Shown here in pieces: positions 20,627-30,773 of a DNA stretch of 64,000 bases; position 1 is the first letter of the stretch, and each line of letters begins with the position of its first letter. The notes beneath the pieces were generated by a model. It did not search any database and had not been told where the DNA came from. It was given only the letters and a program-made list of their open reading frames with translations. The position numbers and the translations under genes are program-made. The stretch is taken from contig MWCF01000007.1 of the NCBI GenBank assembly GCA_002069855.1, forward strand, positions 2,585 to 66,584, written 5' to 3'. This DNA comes from Elusimicrobia bacterium ADurb.Bin231. GTDB taxonomy: Bacteria > Elusimicrobiota > UBA8919 > MWCF01.

Positions 20627-21892
20627 TTATTTCAACCAGACAAGAGGATTTTGCGGCGCGCCGTCTTTTCTGACTTCAAAATAAAGAGATGCCTTTTGAC
20701 TTGACTGCGGCAATCCGACCTTTCCCAACAGTCCTCCGACGACTATCTTTTGTCCGTTTTTTACATTTATGCTTTCCAAATTTCCGTAAATCGTGTACAA
20801 TCCCTTGCCGTGATCAACGATAACCATATTGCCGTATGATTTAAATTCTCCGGCATAAACAATAACTCCGTCCATAGAAGCGATTACGTTGGACCCGGCG
20901 GGAGCTGTTATTCTTATACCGTTGTTAATGATCCATGTGTTAAGCTCTGAATGCTTTTGTCTTCCGAACTTATCTGAAATCCCTTTTTTTAAATTTACAG
21001 AGTTGCCTTCCAGCGGCCAATTCAACATTTTTGCTGGGGACGACGCTGCCGCAGGCTTGGATACAGCCGGCAAAACGTTTTTTTTAGCTTGTTCCTTAGC
21101 CTTTTTTTCGTATTCTTTCAATAATTCTGAAAGCAGTTTTTCCGAATCCTTTAATTTCTGCAATTCCTGTTCATGGAACAATCTTTGTTTGGAAACAGAT
21201 GAAAGAAGCTTTTTCTTTTGCCGCGTTTCCGAATAATATTTATTTTCCGCTGTCCTCTTTTTTCGTTCAAGTTCGCCGATATCTCTAAGTTCTTTATCAA
21301 GCACTTTTTTTAGAGACAAATACTCATCTATTTTTTTAAGAGTTTGAGCGTAAACAAATGTTTTCTGTTTTGTAATCGCCTGAATAAATTTTTTCTTCTT
21401 TGCCGCTTCTGCGCTTGAGGAGGTCAATAATATCATATCCTGCCCGGACATCCCCATCCTGTGTTTATATGTATACCTGACCTCATTACCAAGCACTTCT
21501 TTCCAGTAAACGGATTCTATTGTCGTCTTCTCAAGTTTATTTTTCAGCAAATTCGCCGATTCATTGCGGCGTTTCATATCCGCATGTAAAACAGAAATTT
21601 CTTTCTTTGTTTTCTCAAGCTTTTTTGTAATACTCTCCAGCTGATGCTTTAAGGAAACTTCTTCATTTTTTTTTACTGCCACACTTTTCTGTTTACTTTG
21701 TATCTGAGACTTAACTTTGGAAAGTTGTTGTTTATTCTTATCTATTTTAGTTTTAAAATCCGTTGTCTGTGCTGCGTAAATATAAGAGGCAACGACACAA
21801 AACAATAATACAAAGCGCAATCCAGCCAGACAAGCTTTCTTCAAAGTTATTAAATATAAATCGTCCCGGCCACTTCTATTTTTCCATAACAT
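20627..21892 (-). CDS. EnvC-like murein hydrolase activator: coiled-coil N-terminal region plus C-terminal M23/LytM peptidase domain.
   Basis: Long Lys/Glu/Gln-rich coiled-coil region. C-terminal M23 signature (VDHGKGLYTIYGNL, GAPQNPL). Confidence 0.75.
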   Translation of the reverse strand: MLWKNRSGRDDLYLITLKKACLAGLRFVLLFCVVASYIYAAQTTDFKTKIDKNKQQLSKVKSQIQSKQKSVAVKKNEEVSLKHQLESITKKLEKTKKEISVLHADMKRRNESANLLKNKLEKTTIESVYWKEVLGNEVRYTYKHRMGMSGQDMILLTSSSAEAAKKKKFIQAITKQKTFVYAQTLKKIDEYLSLKKVLDKELRDIGELERKKRTAENKYYSETRQKKKLLSSVSKQRLFHEQELQKLKDSEKLLSELLKEYEKKAKEQAKKNVLPAVSKPAAASSPAKMLNWPLEGNSVNLKKGISDKFGRQKHSELNTWIINNGIRITAPAGSNVIASMDGVIVYAGEFKSYGNMVIVDHGKGLYTIYGNLESINVKNGQKIVVGGLLGKVGLPQSSQKASLYFEVRKDGAPQNPLVWLK

Positions 21893-22613
21893 TTTTAGGT
21901 AATCTTACTATGACTCCGGCTATTATGAATATGCCGGCAATTATTATAAGTTCCTTTCGGGATAAAAAGGATAAATTCATAAATATTTTTGAAAAAATTT
22001 CCTTATGAAAAAAGTATAACAGAGCATATCCAAAAGCCGTTCCTATAAGAGCATCAATAACACCGTATCCGGGTTTCTTTTTGGGAATAGCGAGAGAAAC
22101 GAGCAATGAAGAAAAAATAAATAAAACAGCATAAAGAATATTAAACCAGGATTTGAAAATTAAAATGGTCTTTTCTATTGTTGAAAGACTTTCCGCTTCA
22201 ACTATAGTATAATATATGTCTTCCACTCCTTCGATTCTTCTGAGTTTTTCCGCGGTCTCTTTGATTACTTCCGGAGATTTCAATTTCAAAAAAACATCTA
22301 TGGAATCCGGAAGAGGATTCCGGTCCAGTATTTTAATTTGCTGCTCGAATTCTCCGTCTTTTTTTAATTCTTCCAGCGCCTCTGCCTTAGACGTATATTC
22401 TATTCTTTCTATTATTTCATCGGAACGCAATTGGTTGAAGATATTATCCTTTTCCATATCCGTTAAGCCGTCGTTTAAAAAAAGTATTATTTCCACTCTC
22501 TCTCCGAGAGAATCAAAATATGATGACACATTCTTTACGGTAATAATAAAATATCCGTAAAATGTTATATGTATTGCCACAAAAAACGAGACAAGAAAGG
22601 ATAGATTTTTCAT
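21876..22613 (-). CDS. ftsX: FtsX-like cell-division permease (no ftsE adjacent).
   Basis: 245 aa. TM1, an extracytoplasmic domain, then 3 C-terminal TMs. Sits immediately upstream of the EnvC-like gene as in FtsEX-EnvC systems. Confidence 0.55.
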   Translation of the reverse strand: MKNLSFLVSFFVAIHITFYGYFIITVKNVSSYFDSLGERVEIILFLNDGLTDMEKDNIFNQLRSDEIIERIEYTSKAEALEELKKDGEFEQQIKILDRNPLPDSIDVFLKLKSPEVIKETAEKLRRIEGVEDIYYTIVEAESLSTIEKTILIFKSWFNILYAVLFIFSSLLVSLAIPKKKPGYGVIDALIGTAFGYALLYFFHKEIFSKIFMNLSFLSRKELIIIAGIFIIAGVIVRLPKNVMEK

Positions 22614-24058
22614 TTTATCGCGGATTTAAACAATTTTACATATTCAATAACGGATTTTTTCCAGCAGAAATCTTTTTTCATGCATTGCCTGACTCTTTTA
22701 TCCCAAGTTTTCCTAACATGATACGCAGCAATAACTCTATCAGCAGCTGTTAACATTCCCAGAGGATCGGCGTTTTCAATAAAGAACCCGCAGGTTTCGT
22801 CGACTGTATCTTTAAATCCGCCTGTCTTTGTAACAAGCGGCACAGTTCCATAGCGCATAGCTATAATCTGTCCCAAACCGCAAGGTTCAAATAAGGACGG
22901 CATCATAAAAACATCGGCGCCGGCATAAATATTATGGGCAAGAGATTCATCAAAAGCAATATTTACAGACAGATTTTCCGGGTATTTTTTAGAAATTTCT
23001 ATAAGATCTTTCTGGAATTTTTGCGCGCCTTTCCCAAGAATGACAAGAGATAACCTCTTCTTCAATAGTTCAGGCAATATTTCAAGCAATAAATCGAATC
23101 CTTTTTGGGCTTCAAGACGGGAAACCATGCCGAAAAGAGGCTGATCGATATTTTTTAATCCTACTGACGCAAGAAGGTATTTTTTGTTTTCCTTTTTCAG
23201 ACGCAATTTGTCGACTGAATATTTTTTCTTCAACAGGGGATCTTTTTCCGGATTCCAATATTGGCAATCGATCCCGTTCAGTATCCCGGAAAGATCAGAT
23301 TTTCTGAGTTCCAGAAGATTTTCAAGGCCGTGGCCGAAAAAATTATTTGTTCTAATTTCTTCGGCATACGACGGGGAAACTGTGGAAATCTTATCCGCAT
23401 AAACAATTCCGGCTTTCATAAAATTGAATTTCCCGTAGAATTCAAGCCTGTCCGGAATAAAATCCATATCCGAAAAACCGGCAAGATTGTAAATATCTTT
23501 TTCAAAAAGGCCTTGATATGCCATATTATGCACGGTAAATACAGATTTCGTTGAAGCAAAAAACGCATCTATTTTATACACTGTTTTCAAATATGCGGGT
23601 ATTATTGCGGTTTGCCAGTCATTACAATGTATCACATCAGGTTTAAAATCCACAAATTTCGCCGTTTCCAAAACTGCTTTGGAAAAGAATATAAACCTTT
23701 CAGCCTGATCGGGGTAATCGCCTTCGGGAGTGCCGTAAATATTATCTCTGTCAAAGTAAAGATCATTTTGAACAAAATAGACAATAAAACCTTCTTTTTT
23801 GGTTTGCCAAACGGATGTTTCAATGTATTTTCCGGCCATCGGAATAATAAAATTCCCCGCAATTTTTTTCAAGCCGAATTTCTTTTTGTCTATTGTTTTG
23901 TAAAGAGGCATTATTACCCGAAGATTAATCTGCTCGGACGGCAAAAACTTTCCGAGAGAGCCGCATACATCCGCAAGTCCCCCTACTTTCGCGAACGGAA
24001 CGCATTCAGTTGAGGCAATAAGAACATTCATTTTCTTCGATACAACAGAGCGGTTCAT
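22610..24058 (-). CDS. glgA: Glycogen/starch synthase (GT5, ADP-glucose type).
   Basis: KVGGLADV motif near the N-terminus. 482 aa. C-terminal GT-B Rossmann motifs. Confidence 0.85.
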   Translation of the reverse strand: MNRSVVSKKMNVLIASTECVPFAKVGGLADVCGSLGKFLPSEQINLRVIMPLYKTIDKKKFGLKKIAGNFIIPMAGKYIETSVWQTKKEGFIVYFVQNDLYFDRDNIYGTPEGDYPDQAERFIFFSKAVLETAKFVDFKPDVIHCNDWQTAIIPAYLKTVYKIDAFFASTKSVFTVHNMAYQGLFEKDIYNLAGFSDMDFIPDRLEFYGKFNFMKAGIVYADKISTVSPSYAEEIRTNNFFGHGLENLLELRKSDLSGILNGIDCQYWNPEKDPLLKKKYSVDKLRLKKENKKYLLASVGLKNIDQPLFGMVSRLEAQKGFDLLLEILPELLKKRLSLVILGKGAQKFQKDLIEISKKYPENLSVNIAFDESLAHNIYAGADVFMMPSLFEPCGLGQIIAMRYGTVPLVTKTGGFKDTVDETCGFFIENADPLGMLTAADRVIAAYHVRKTWDKRVRQCMKKDFCWKKSVIEYVKLFKSAIK

Positions 24059-25116
24059 CCGAATTTCTCCTTTAATTTCATACGATTGCGTAAAAGGTCA
24101 TCCGGTGTTTTTATAGGGAAAAACCGCTCTTCCCTGTTTACTACGACATACATGGATTTAAGAAAAATAGAAAGATCTCCCGCAAGCCGTTCAAATTGAA
24201 TAACCTTTTTATCTTTTACCGTTTTTTCCACATAGTAAAAAGGCAGATCAAATTTTCTGTCCAGAGCCTTTGCTGAAAATATATAAGTGGCAGTATTGAA
24301 TACTGTAATTGAATCCTGATCAAAATCCTTTGGGAACTTAAACTGTTCGACTATTTCCAAGCGGCCGTCAACAATTGCCGGAGCGCCGCCTTTGTCGCCC
24401 GCATATTTCTGCGCGAGCTCAACAGTCATCTCGGAATCCTGGGATATATGCGCCCCGAGTATAACTCCGTCTATGGTTGCTCCGAGATTGTCAACATTTG
24501 AAAACCACAGATATTCTCCTCCTTGAGAAATAAATTCGTTAAGATATCCGCTTTTTCTAAACGCCACTGCGAAATCCCCATGTCCTGGACCGTAATAACT
24601 TTCATTTTCCGGATTGAAATAAGTTCCATCCGCGTTCAAACGTTTGGCGATGAACTGATTGAAACATTTAATGGAATTTTTTAATCCGAAATAATTATTC
24701 TTTTCAAGATGCTCGATTGTTGAGGCCTCGGTAGCGTAACTGTTCATCAAGTAAACCGGAATATGTGTTTGATATTTCTCATTTGCCTTTTTAATCTGTT
24801 CCAACTTTATCTGGAGAAAACTTTTAGCGTCATAGACCTCAACAACGCCTTTGACTACTCCTCCGAATCTTGTGGCCATGCCGCCGTTCACGATAACAAT
24901 CCCAAGCTTCCCGCGTCTTATAGCATTATCCGCAATTTTTGAATATTCGGAGTCCTTACCTTTGTCTCTGCCGCAATAAAAATACATTGATTCTTCCGGC
25001 GCAGAAACTTTCCCGCGGATAAGATTGTTTTTTCTGGAAAGTTCTCCTGAAATAAACTTATTCCTTAATTCTTCAAAAAGTTTGCTATCATATCCGTATT
25101 TAGATAATATATCCAT
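24055..25116 (-). CDS. UDPGP-family sugar-1-phosphate nucleotidyltransferase (UGPase/UAP-like pyrophosphorylase), short form (353 aa).
   Basis: VNGGMATRFGG, equivalent to the LNGGLGT(S/T)MG nucleotide-binding loop of the UDPGP family. Position inside the glucan cluster. Confidence 0.5.
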   Translation of the reverse strand: MDILSKYGYDSKLFEELRNKFISGELSRKNNLIRGKVSAPEESMYFYCGRDKGKDSEYSKIADNAIRRGKLGIVIVNGGMATRFGGVVKGVVEVYDAKSFLQIKLEQIKKANEKYQTHIPVYLMNSYATEASTIEHLEKNNYFGLKNSIKCFNQFIAKRLNADGTYFNPENESYYGPGHGDFAVAFRKSGYLNEFISQGGEYLWFSNVDNLGATIDGVILGAHISQDSEMTVELAQKYAGDKGGAPAIVDGRLEIVEQFKFPKDFDQDSITVFNTATYIFSAKALDRKFDLPFYYVEKTVKDKKVIQFERLAGDLSIFLKSMYVVVNREERFFPIKTPDDLLRNRMKLKEKFG

Positions 25117-25161
25117 GTTTACCTCTTGCTCCCGATAGAAGATATAAACTTTTATCCCAAT

Positions 25162-26295
25162 CTATTTAGATAAACCTTCATACAGTTTCTTGGTTTGTTC
25201 CGCGATATATGTCCAGGAAAAGTATTTTTCCACTCTTTTTCTGCCATTTTCACCGAAGCGCTTTCTCAAATTATCGTCTTTTAAAAGCCTATTCACAGCC
25301 GCGGCAATCTGTTCGGAATTCTTGGGTTCCACATGAAGACCAGTCTCTTCAGGAACAACTACTTCCAATATGCCTCCGGTAGCTGCCGCGACAACCGGAG
25401 TTTTGCATGCCATAGCCTCAAGATTGATTATTCCAAACGGTTCATAGATAGAAGGACAGACAAAAACTTTAGCGGAACTGTACAATTGCACGTACTCTTC
25501 CTCTTTTAACATCTTGTGTATCCATACTATATTTTTTTTCTGCTCCACCTTTTTCATCATTCTCTCTTCATAATCTTTTGTATCCGCGCCTACCGCGCCA
25601 AGCACTATTTGTACCGGTATGTCGTCGGCGGCATCGATAAGATATTCCAAACCTTTTTGAGGCGTAGGCCTGCCAACGAATAAAATATAATCGTCCGCAA
25701 TGCCGTATTCCTTTTTTAGAGAATCATTCAATGGTGTATGATTCCATTTATTCAAATCAATGCCATTGTGTATCACAGCCACTTTTTCTTCAGGTATATT
25801 AAAGCAGTTTAGAATATCCTGTTTCATTAATTTTGAGACCGCTATAACCTTGTCGCACTGTTCAATGGCTGTTTTTTCAATCCACGCGCTTAACTGATAA
25901 CCTCTGCCCAACTGGTCTTCCTTCCACGGCCGCAATGGCTCAAGAGAATGGCATGTGGCAACAAAAGGAATATCATACAGTATTTTTGTAAGCAGCCCGC
26001 CGAAATGGCCGTACCATGTATGCGTATGAACCACATCAGCATCTATTTCTTTCATCTGAGACAAAAGATTAACGGACATGGTTTCCAGAGCAGGAGAAAA
26101 CTTTTTTCCTTTTAAAGCGTCCCAGCCTTTATATCCTGTTGCCTGAAGCGAGGTGTCATTAACATTTTGATCGCCGAAACACCGGATCTCGACATCCATT
26201 ATTTTAGAAAGTTCTTGCGCCAAATATCTCAAATGCACACCTGCTCCTCCATAAACGTATGGAGGATATTCCCTTGCCATCATGGTTACTTTCAT
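25162..26295 (-). CDS. glgM: GT4 glycosyltransferase of the GlgM type (alpha-maltose-1-phosphate synthase; Corynebacterium-family glycogen synthase).
   Basis: REYPPYVYGGAGVH, HSLEPLRPWKEDQLGRGYQLSAWIEKTA, VFVCPSIYEPFGIINLEAMA, FSWTYIAEQT. These match conserved GlgM blocks as recalled, not searched. Directly upstream of GlgE. Confidence 0.65.
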   Translation of the reverse strand: MKVTMMAREYPPYVYGGAGVHLRYLAQELSKIMDVEIRCFGDQNVNDTSLQATGYKGWDALKGKKFSPALETMSVNLLSQMKEIDADVVHTHTWYGHFGGLLTKILYDIPFVATCHSLEPLRPWKEDQLGRGYQLSAWIEKTAIEQCDKVIAVSKLMKQDILNCFNIPEEKVAVIHNGIDLNKWNHTPLNDSLKKEYGIADDYILFVGRPTPQKGLEYLIDAADDIPVQIVLGAVGADTKDYEERMMKKVEQKKNIVWIHKMLKEEEYVQLYSSAKVFVCPSIYEPFGIINLEAMACKTPVVAAATGGILEVVVPEETGLHVEPKNSEQIAAAVNRLLKDDNLRKRFGENGRKRVEKYFSWTYIAEQTKKLYEGLSK

Positions 26296-26678
26296 TCCAG
26301 CCTCCCTTGTTGAAATTTTCTATCCGTATTTTAAATAACCATACACTCCTGCGGTACGGCATATCATACAATTATCATATCGGGTTAAACAGCCTCTGTA
26401 AAGAAATTTTGAAGTATATATTTATTAATTATATTACTTTTTCAGAAAAAAACAAATATTTTTATAAGTAAAATCGCTGCGATAGTATTTGGTACGGCAA
26501 TATCGCGCTAAATATTACGTTTTATTTAAAGAAATGCGATAAACTTTTTGCCGACTTTAACAATAAATTTCTTAAACTCCAGGATATTGGGTTCCAAAAA
26601 AGATGAATCAGGCATGACATCGCGCCAGCATGTCTTCCAAATTATCTTCCTATTGGCAATGGCCTTATCGAAATAATT

Positions 26679-28616
26679 CTAATGCCCGGGTGTCGTGAAA
26701 TAAGCGTTAACAATAGTCGGAAATCCGAATTTTCGGGATTCAATATTAATGGCAGCATAATACTTTTCGTCAAAAGTTTCACCTGTATATACCAACGGAA
26801 TAATTTCTTTCGTAAAAAGATCGGCCAGTTCTCTTCTCGCATATACATCGTTATAGGCGGTCGCGCGATATCTCAAATCAAAAAATCTTTTCGCATGCTG
26901 TTCCGCGAGCTGATTTCGAACTATGCTCCCGGATTTAGAAGGAACCTTTTTATCAAGCCGAATTTTGAAAATATACGCTGGCTCTTTGTACGGATCCAGC
27001 CGCACATAATTTTCTCTTCCCTGCCATAGATAAAACTTTCCGATTATCAGTTCCTCTACCCAATATTCCTGATCAGAGGAAATGCCGTATCTTTCCACAG
27101 GGACTGCCAAACGGACATCCTGGGTTGTTCTCGGATCCAGGTTAACCGCTGTAAGAATGATATTATCTTTAAATTTTTTCCCGTAAAATAATATATTATC
27201 ATTGATGGAATTTAAAATTTCAAGATTATCGTAATAATGCAAAGCAGGATTATTCCGGATAATGTTATTGAGCTTTTCTATATAACCTTTTATATTTCCG
27301 GGTCTGTCCCAATCCCATACCTTATATTGATATTTTTCCGAGTTCACATATATCTCTGTGCCGGGAAACGCTTTGTTTTCACACAGCTCATATCCGTTAT
27401 ACATCCCGTACACCGACGACAGCGTCGAGGCAAGAACTATGCGCATTTTAAATGCGGGCCGGCCGCCTGATTGTAAAATCGGAGGACATATATCCGGAGT
27501 GTTGGTAAAGAAATTCGCTCTTAAAAATTCTTTCAGATATGTGCCGGTTAACTTGAAAACATATTCTATCAATTCGTCTTTCTTATTTCTCCACGTAAAA
27601 TATGTGTATGACTGTGAAAAGCCCACCTTTGCCAATTCTTCAAGCTTTTCATAATTTGTAAACGCTTCGGCAAGAAAAACCGTATCCGGATAGGCCAATT
27701 TTACTTCCCTGATCATCCATCTCCATAATTCGCTTGGTTTCGTATGAGGATTGTCTACACGAAAATGAGTTACTCCGGCAGCGCACCAGAACATAATGAT
27801 AGATTTTAATTCTTCCCACAATTCTTGTTTGTTGGGAGGAAAGAAATTCAACGGATACACATCTTCGTATTTTTTTGGAGGATTCTCTGCGCAGGCTATA
27901 CTTCCGTCAGGCCGATGAAAAAACCATTCTGGATGTTGTTTTACATACGGATGGTCGGGAGAACAATTCAGAGCAAAATCTATGGCTGTGTCAAATCCCA
28001 TATTTTTGGCTGACGCGACAAAATGTTTAAAATCATCCATTGTTCCGAGTTCCGGATTCACAGATTTATGTCCGCCAAATTCATTGCCAATCGCCCATGG
28101 AGAACCCGGATCATTAGGACCCGCTGTAAGAGAATTGTTCTGGCCTTTGCGTTTTGTTTTTCCTATAGGATGAATCGGCGGAAAATAAATAACATTGAAG
28201 CCCATTTTTTTTATTTCCGGCAGACGCGCCTCGCAGTCCGCGAACGTGGCGCTTGCATTCGGCGTTTTGCCCTGTGATCTGTGGAACATTTCATACCATG
28301 CCGCAAATCTCGCTATCTCAGGATCAACAATTACTTCAAGAACTTTGTCGTAACGAATTTTCCCGCATTCAAAGGTATATTGATAGATGCCTGTTGCGGC
28401 AAAATTTATATCCGCAAAATATCCTTTTCCTGATTTTTTCATACGGCTCTTATTCCACAAATCAGTTCCCACCCTTCTATACTTGAGTATCGGAACATTA
28501 GACGCTTTACCTTCTATTTCGCAATAAATCGCCATACCCCTGTCCAATTCGGTTTTTACCGGATATTCTCCGCCTTCGATTTCAGGATAAACATTTTTGA
28601 TCTTCATACACATCAC
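26679..28616 (-). CDS. glgE: Alpha-1,4-glucan:maltose-1-phosphate maltosyltransferase.
   Basis: 645 aa. N-terminal GlgE domain. GH13 core with WFFHRPDGSIACAENPPKKYEDVYPLNF signature. Confidence 0.85.
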   Translation of the reverse strand: MMCMKIKNVYPEIEGGEYPVKTELDRGMAIYCEIEGKASNVPILKYRRVGTDLWNKSRMKKSGKGYFADINFAATGIYQYTFECGKIRYDKVLEVIVDPEIARFAAWYEMFHRSQGKTPNASATFADCEARLPEIKKMGFNVIYFPPIHPIGKTKRKGQNNSLTAGPNDPGSPWAIGNEFGGHKSVNPELGTMDDFKHFVASAKNMGFDTAIDFALNCSPDHPYVKQHPEWFFHRPDGSIACAENPPKKYEDVYPLNFFPPNKQELWEELKSIIMFWCAAGVTHFRVDNPHTKPSELWRWMIREVKLAYPDTVFLAEAFTNYEKLEELAKVGFSQSYTYFTWRNKKDELIEYVFKLTGTYLKEFLRANFFTNTPDICPPILQSGGRPAFKMRIVLASTLSSVYGMYNGYELCENKAFPGTEIYVNSEKYQYKVWDWDRPGNIKGYIEKLNNIIRNNPALHYYDNLEILNSINDNILFYGKKFKDNIILTAVNLDPRTTQDVRLAVPVERYGISSDQEYWVEELIIGKFYLWQGRENYVRLDPYKEPAYIFKIRLDKKVPSKSGSIVRNQLAEQHAKRFFDLRYRATAYNDVYARRELADLFTKEIIPLVYTGETFDEKYYAAINIESRKFGFPTIVNAYFTTPGH

Positions 28617-28724
28617 CGCCTTTTAAATTTAACATATTTATTTGAAAAACATTTTTTTATCATGCTGTAAATAAAATTTCAGATACTCCATTAGATTCAA
28701 CATCCAGAAAAATTTCCAAAAAAG

Positions 28725-29723
28725 TTACTGCGCTTCCCTTAAAAATTTTGCGGCTTCTTCAGGAGGAGTAGGATTCCTGTAAAAACCGGTACCCCATTCA
28801 AATCCCGCAGTTCTTAACAATTGAGGCATCATTTCTATATGCCAGTGGTAATAAGAAAGTTTTCCGTTTCTGCAAGGCGAATTATGAATTACAAAGTTGT
28901 AAGGAGGATTCTCAAGAACTCTGTTCATACGAGAATTCAGATCCTTCAATATCAAGGCAAGATTCGACACTTCATGCTTCTGAGAATCTTCAAAAGACGA
29001 AGAATGCGTTTTCGGCAATATCCATGTCTCAAAAGGAAATCTGGAGGCAAAAGGAGTAATGCATATAAAATCCTCATTCTCGGAAACTATCCTTGTATTG
29101 GATTCTATTTCCTCTCTAATAATGTCGCAGAAAGCGCATCTCTCTTTATAATCATAGTAATTTCTGCTGCCGTCCAATTCCTGTTTGACTCTGACAGGGA
29201 CAGTGGGCATGGCTATTATTTCGGAATGAGGATGAGTTAACGACGCTCCAGCAGCTTCTCCGCGATTTTTAAAAACAAGTATATACTCGAATCTTGAATC
29301 CTTTTTCAGATCAAGAATCCTATCCCTCCATCCCCATATTACCTCTTCCACCTGTCTTGTTTCAAGATCGGAATAATCCGCGTTATGAATTTGCGATTCC
29401 ACAACAACTTCATGGGCGCCTATTCCGTCCATTAGATCAAACATGCCTTCGCCCCGTTTATTCACGTTCCCTTCAATTCTCAAGACCGAAGATTTGCTCG
29501 GAATAATCCTAACCCACCAGCCCTTTTCATTTTTCTTTGTGCCGGGCTCGCGAAAAGATGAAATTTCAGGAGGTGTTTTGCTTTCATTCCCGGGACAAAA
29601 CGGACATTTGGCTGCAGTGATCTTATCGTCTGAAATATTAGCATGAATAGGATGAATCTTTCCCCGTTCCGTTGTTATTATAACCCATCTGCCTATAATA
29701 GGATCCCGTCTTAATTCAGACAT
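28725..29723 (-). CDS. Galactose-1-phosphate uridylyltransferase (GalT) family hexose-1-phosphate nucleotidyltransferase.
   Basis: CPFCPGNE zinc motif and HPHSEIIAMP active-site His-Pro-His. 332 aa. Confidence 0.75.
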   Translation of the reverse strand: MSELRRDPIIGRWVIITTERGKIHPIHANISDDKITAAKCPFCPGNESKTPPEISSFREPGTKKNEKGWWVRIIPSKSSVLRIEGNVNKRGEGMFDLMDGIGAHEVVVESQIHNADYSDLETRQVEEVIWGWRDRILDLKKDSRFEYILVFKNRGEAAGASLTHPHSEIIAMPTVPVRVKQELDGSRNYYDYKERCAFCDIIREEIESNTRIVSENEDFICITPFASRFPFETWILPKTHSSSFEDSQKHEVSNLALILKDLNSRMNRVLENPPYNFVIHNSPCRNGKLSYYHWHIEMMPQLLRTAGFEWGTGFYRNPTPPEEAAKFLREAQ

Positions 29724-29739
29724 TTTTCCTCCATTATTG

Positions 29740-30642
29740 CTACACTATTCCGCATTTTTTTAAATATGCGGTGGAATTTTTAAGTTCCTCGTCGTTTGAC
29801 GACAAAGAATGAGTTTCGTTGACAAGCAGCGTATCCTGTCTAATAAAAACAGATATATCTGAAAAATTAACTTCTCCTGTACCAGGCGCTTTATGGTCGT
29901 AAACGTCGGTTACATCATGCAGATGCAATCCCACAATCCGTTTCCCGTACGCTTTCAGAAAATCTAATCTATTATTTACAACGCCCTGTTTTTCAGCGAT
30001 TACCGCATGTCCTACGTCATACCAAAAGCCGAGATTGGGTGAATCAAGTTTCTGAAGTATAATTCCGGTTTCTTTATAAGAAGGTATTTCGTTTGCCCAA
30101 AACCTGTTTTCTATTCCAATCTTTATCTTCTTTTTTACAGCGTAATTAAGAACCCTGTCCAAAACCGCGACAACATTTTCAAGAAACACAGCACTCTTTT
30201 TATTTCTTTCTTTAAGAAAATTCGACAATATTTCCTTATAACCATCTTTCCCTTTGGTTTCATTGAAGTGGCGCGCCAGATGCCTGCCTGTGAATTCAGT
30301 CACAACTTCGCCGGAATGAATAACCAAAGCGGTCGCGCCTACGCCTGCCGCGACATCTATGCTTTTCAAAGTAAGTTTCAATGCCAATGCCCTTTCTTCA
30401 ACATCTTCGGAGGACATCAAATAAGGCGAATAGATTGTTCTTCCTTCCGGAACAGTTTCCACTTTAGGACAATAATTATGCACAGATATAATTTTTAACC
30501 GACCGGATAACTTATTGATGAATGACGCAGGAATTTCCACGTTTAATTCAATGGCGGGAAATCCAAAACTTTTAATTTCATCTGCCAAAGAATCAGGATT
30601 GTTATGCCTGCGTATATTGTATGCCGTAGAAAGAGCTATCAT
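29740..30642 (-). CDS. Sugar phosphate isomerase/epimerase (xylose-isomerase-like TIM barrel).
   Basis: 300 aa. Metal-binding residues spaced as in AP-endonuclease 2/xylose isomerase-like barrels (VGLHLHD, ETHS). Confidence 0.55.
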   Translation of the reverse strand: MIALSTAYNIRRHNNPDSLADEIKSFGFPAIELNVEIPASFINKLSGRLKIISVHNYCPKVETVPEGRTIYSPYLMSSEDVEERALALKLTLKSIDVAAGVGATALVIHSGEVVTEFTGRHLARHFNETKGKDGYKEILSNFLKERNKKSAVFLENVVAVLDRVLNYAVKKKIKIGIENRFWANEIPSYKETGIILQKLDSPNLGFWYDVGHAVIAEKQGVVNNRLDFLKAYGKRIVGLHLHDVTDVYDHKAPGTGEVNFSDISVFIRQDTLLVNETHSLSSNDEELKNSTAYLKKCGIV

Positions 30643-30773
30643 TTTATACCTTTATAAATAAAATTCACAAACGCGGCAGCGCAAACTCAATCATAATATC
30701 CACTCTCCGATATTTGCCGCAACATTTTATTCCACTGCAGATTTAATTTTTAAAAAAATTCCGGTTTTATAAG

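Noticed and set aside
26642-26848. 68-aa minus-strand ORF overlapping the 3-prime end of glgE. Likewise 3879-4082 in trpE/pabB and 51675-51875 near fabG.
   Set aside because: Alternative-frame ORFs inside or overlapping strongly supported genes. No independent signals.
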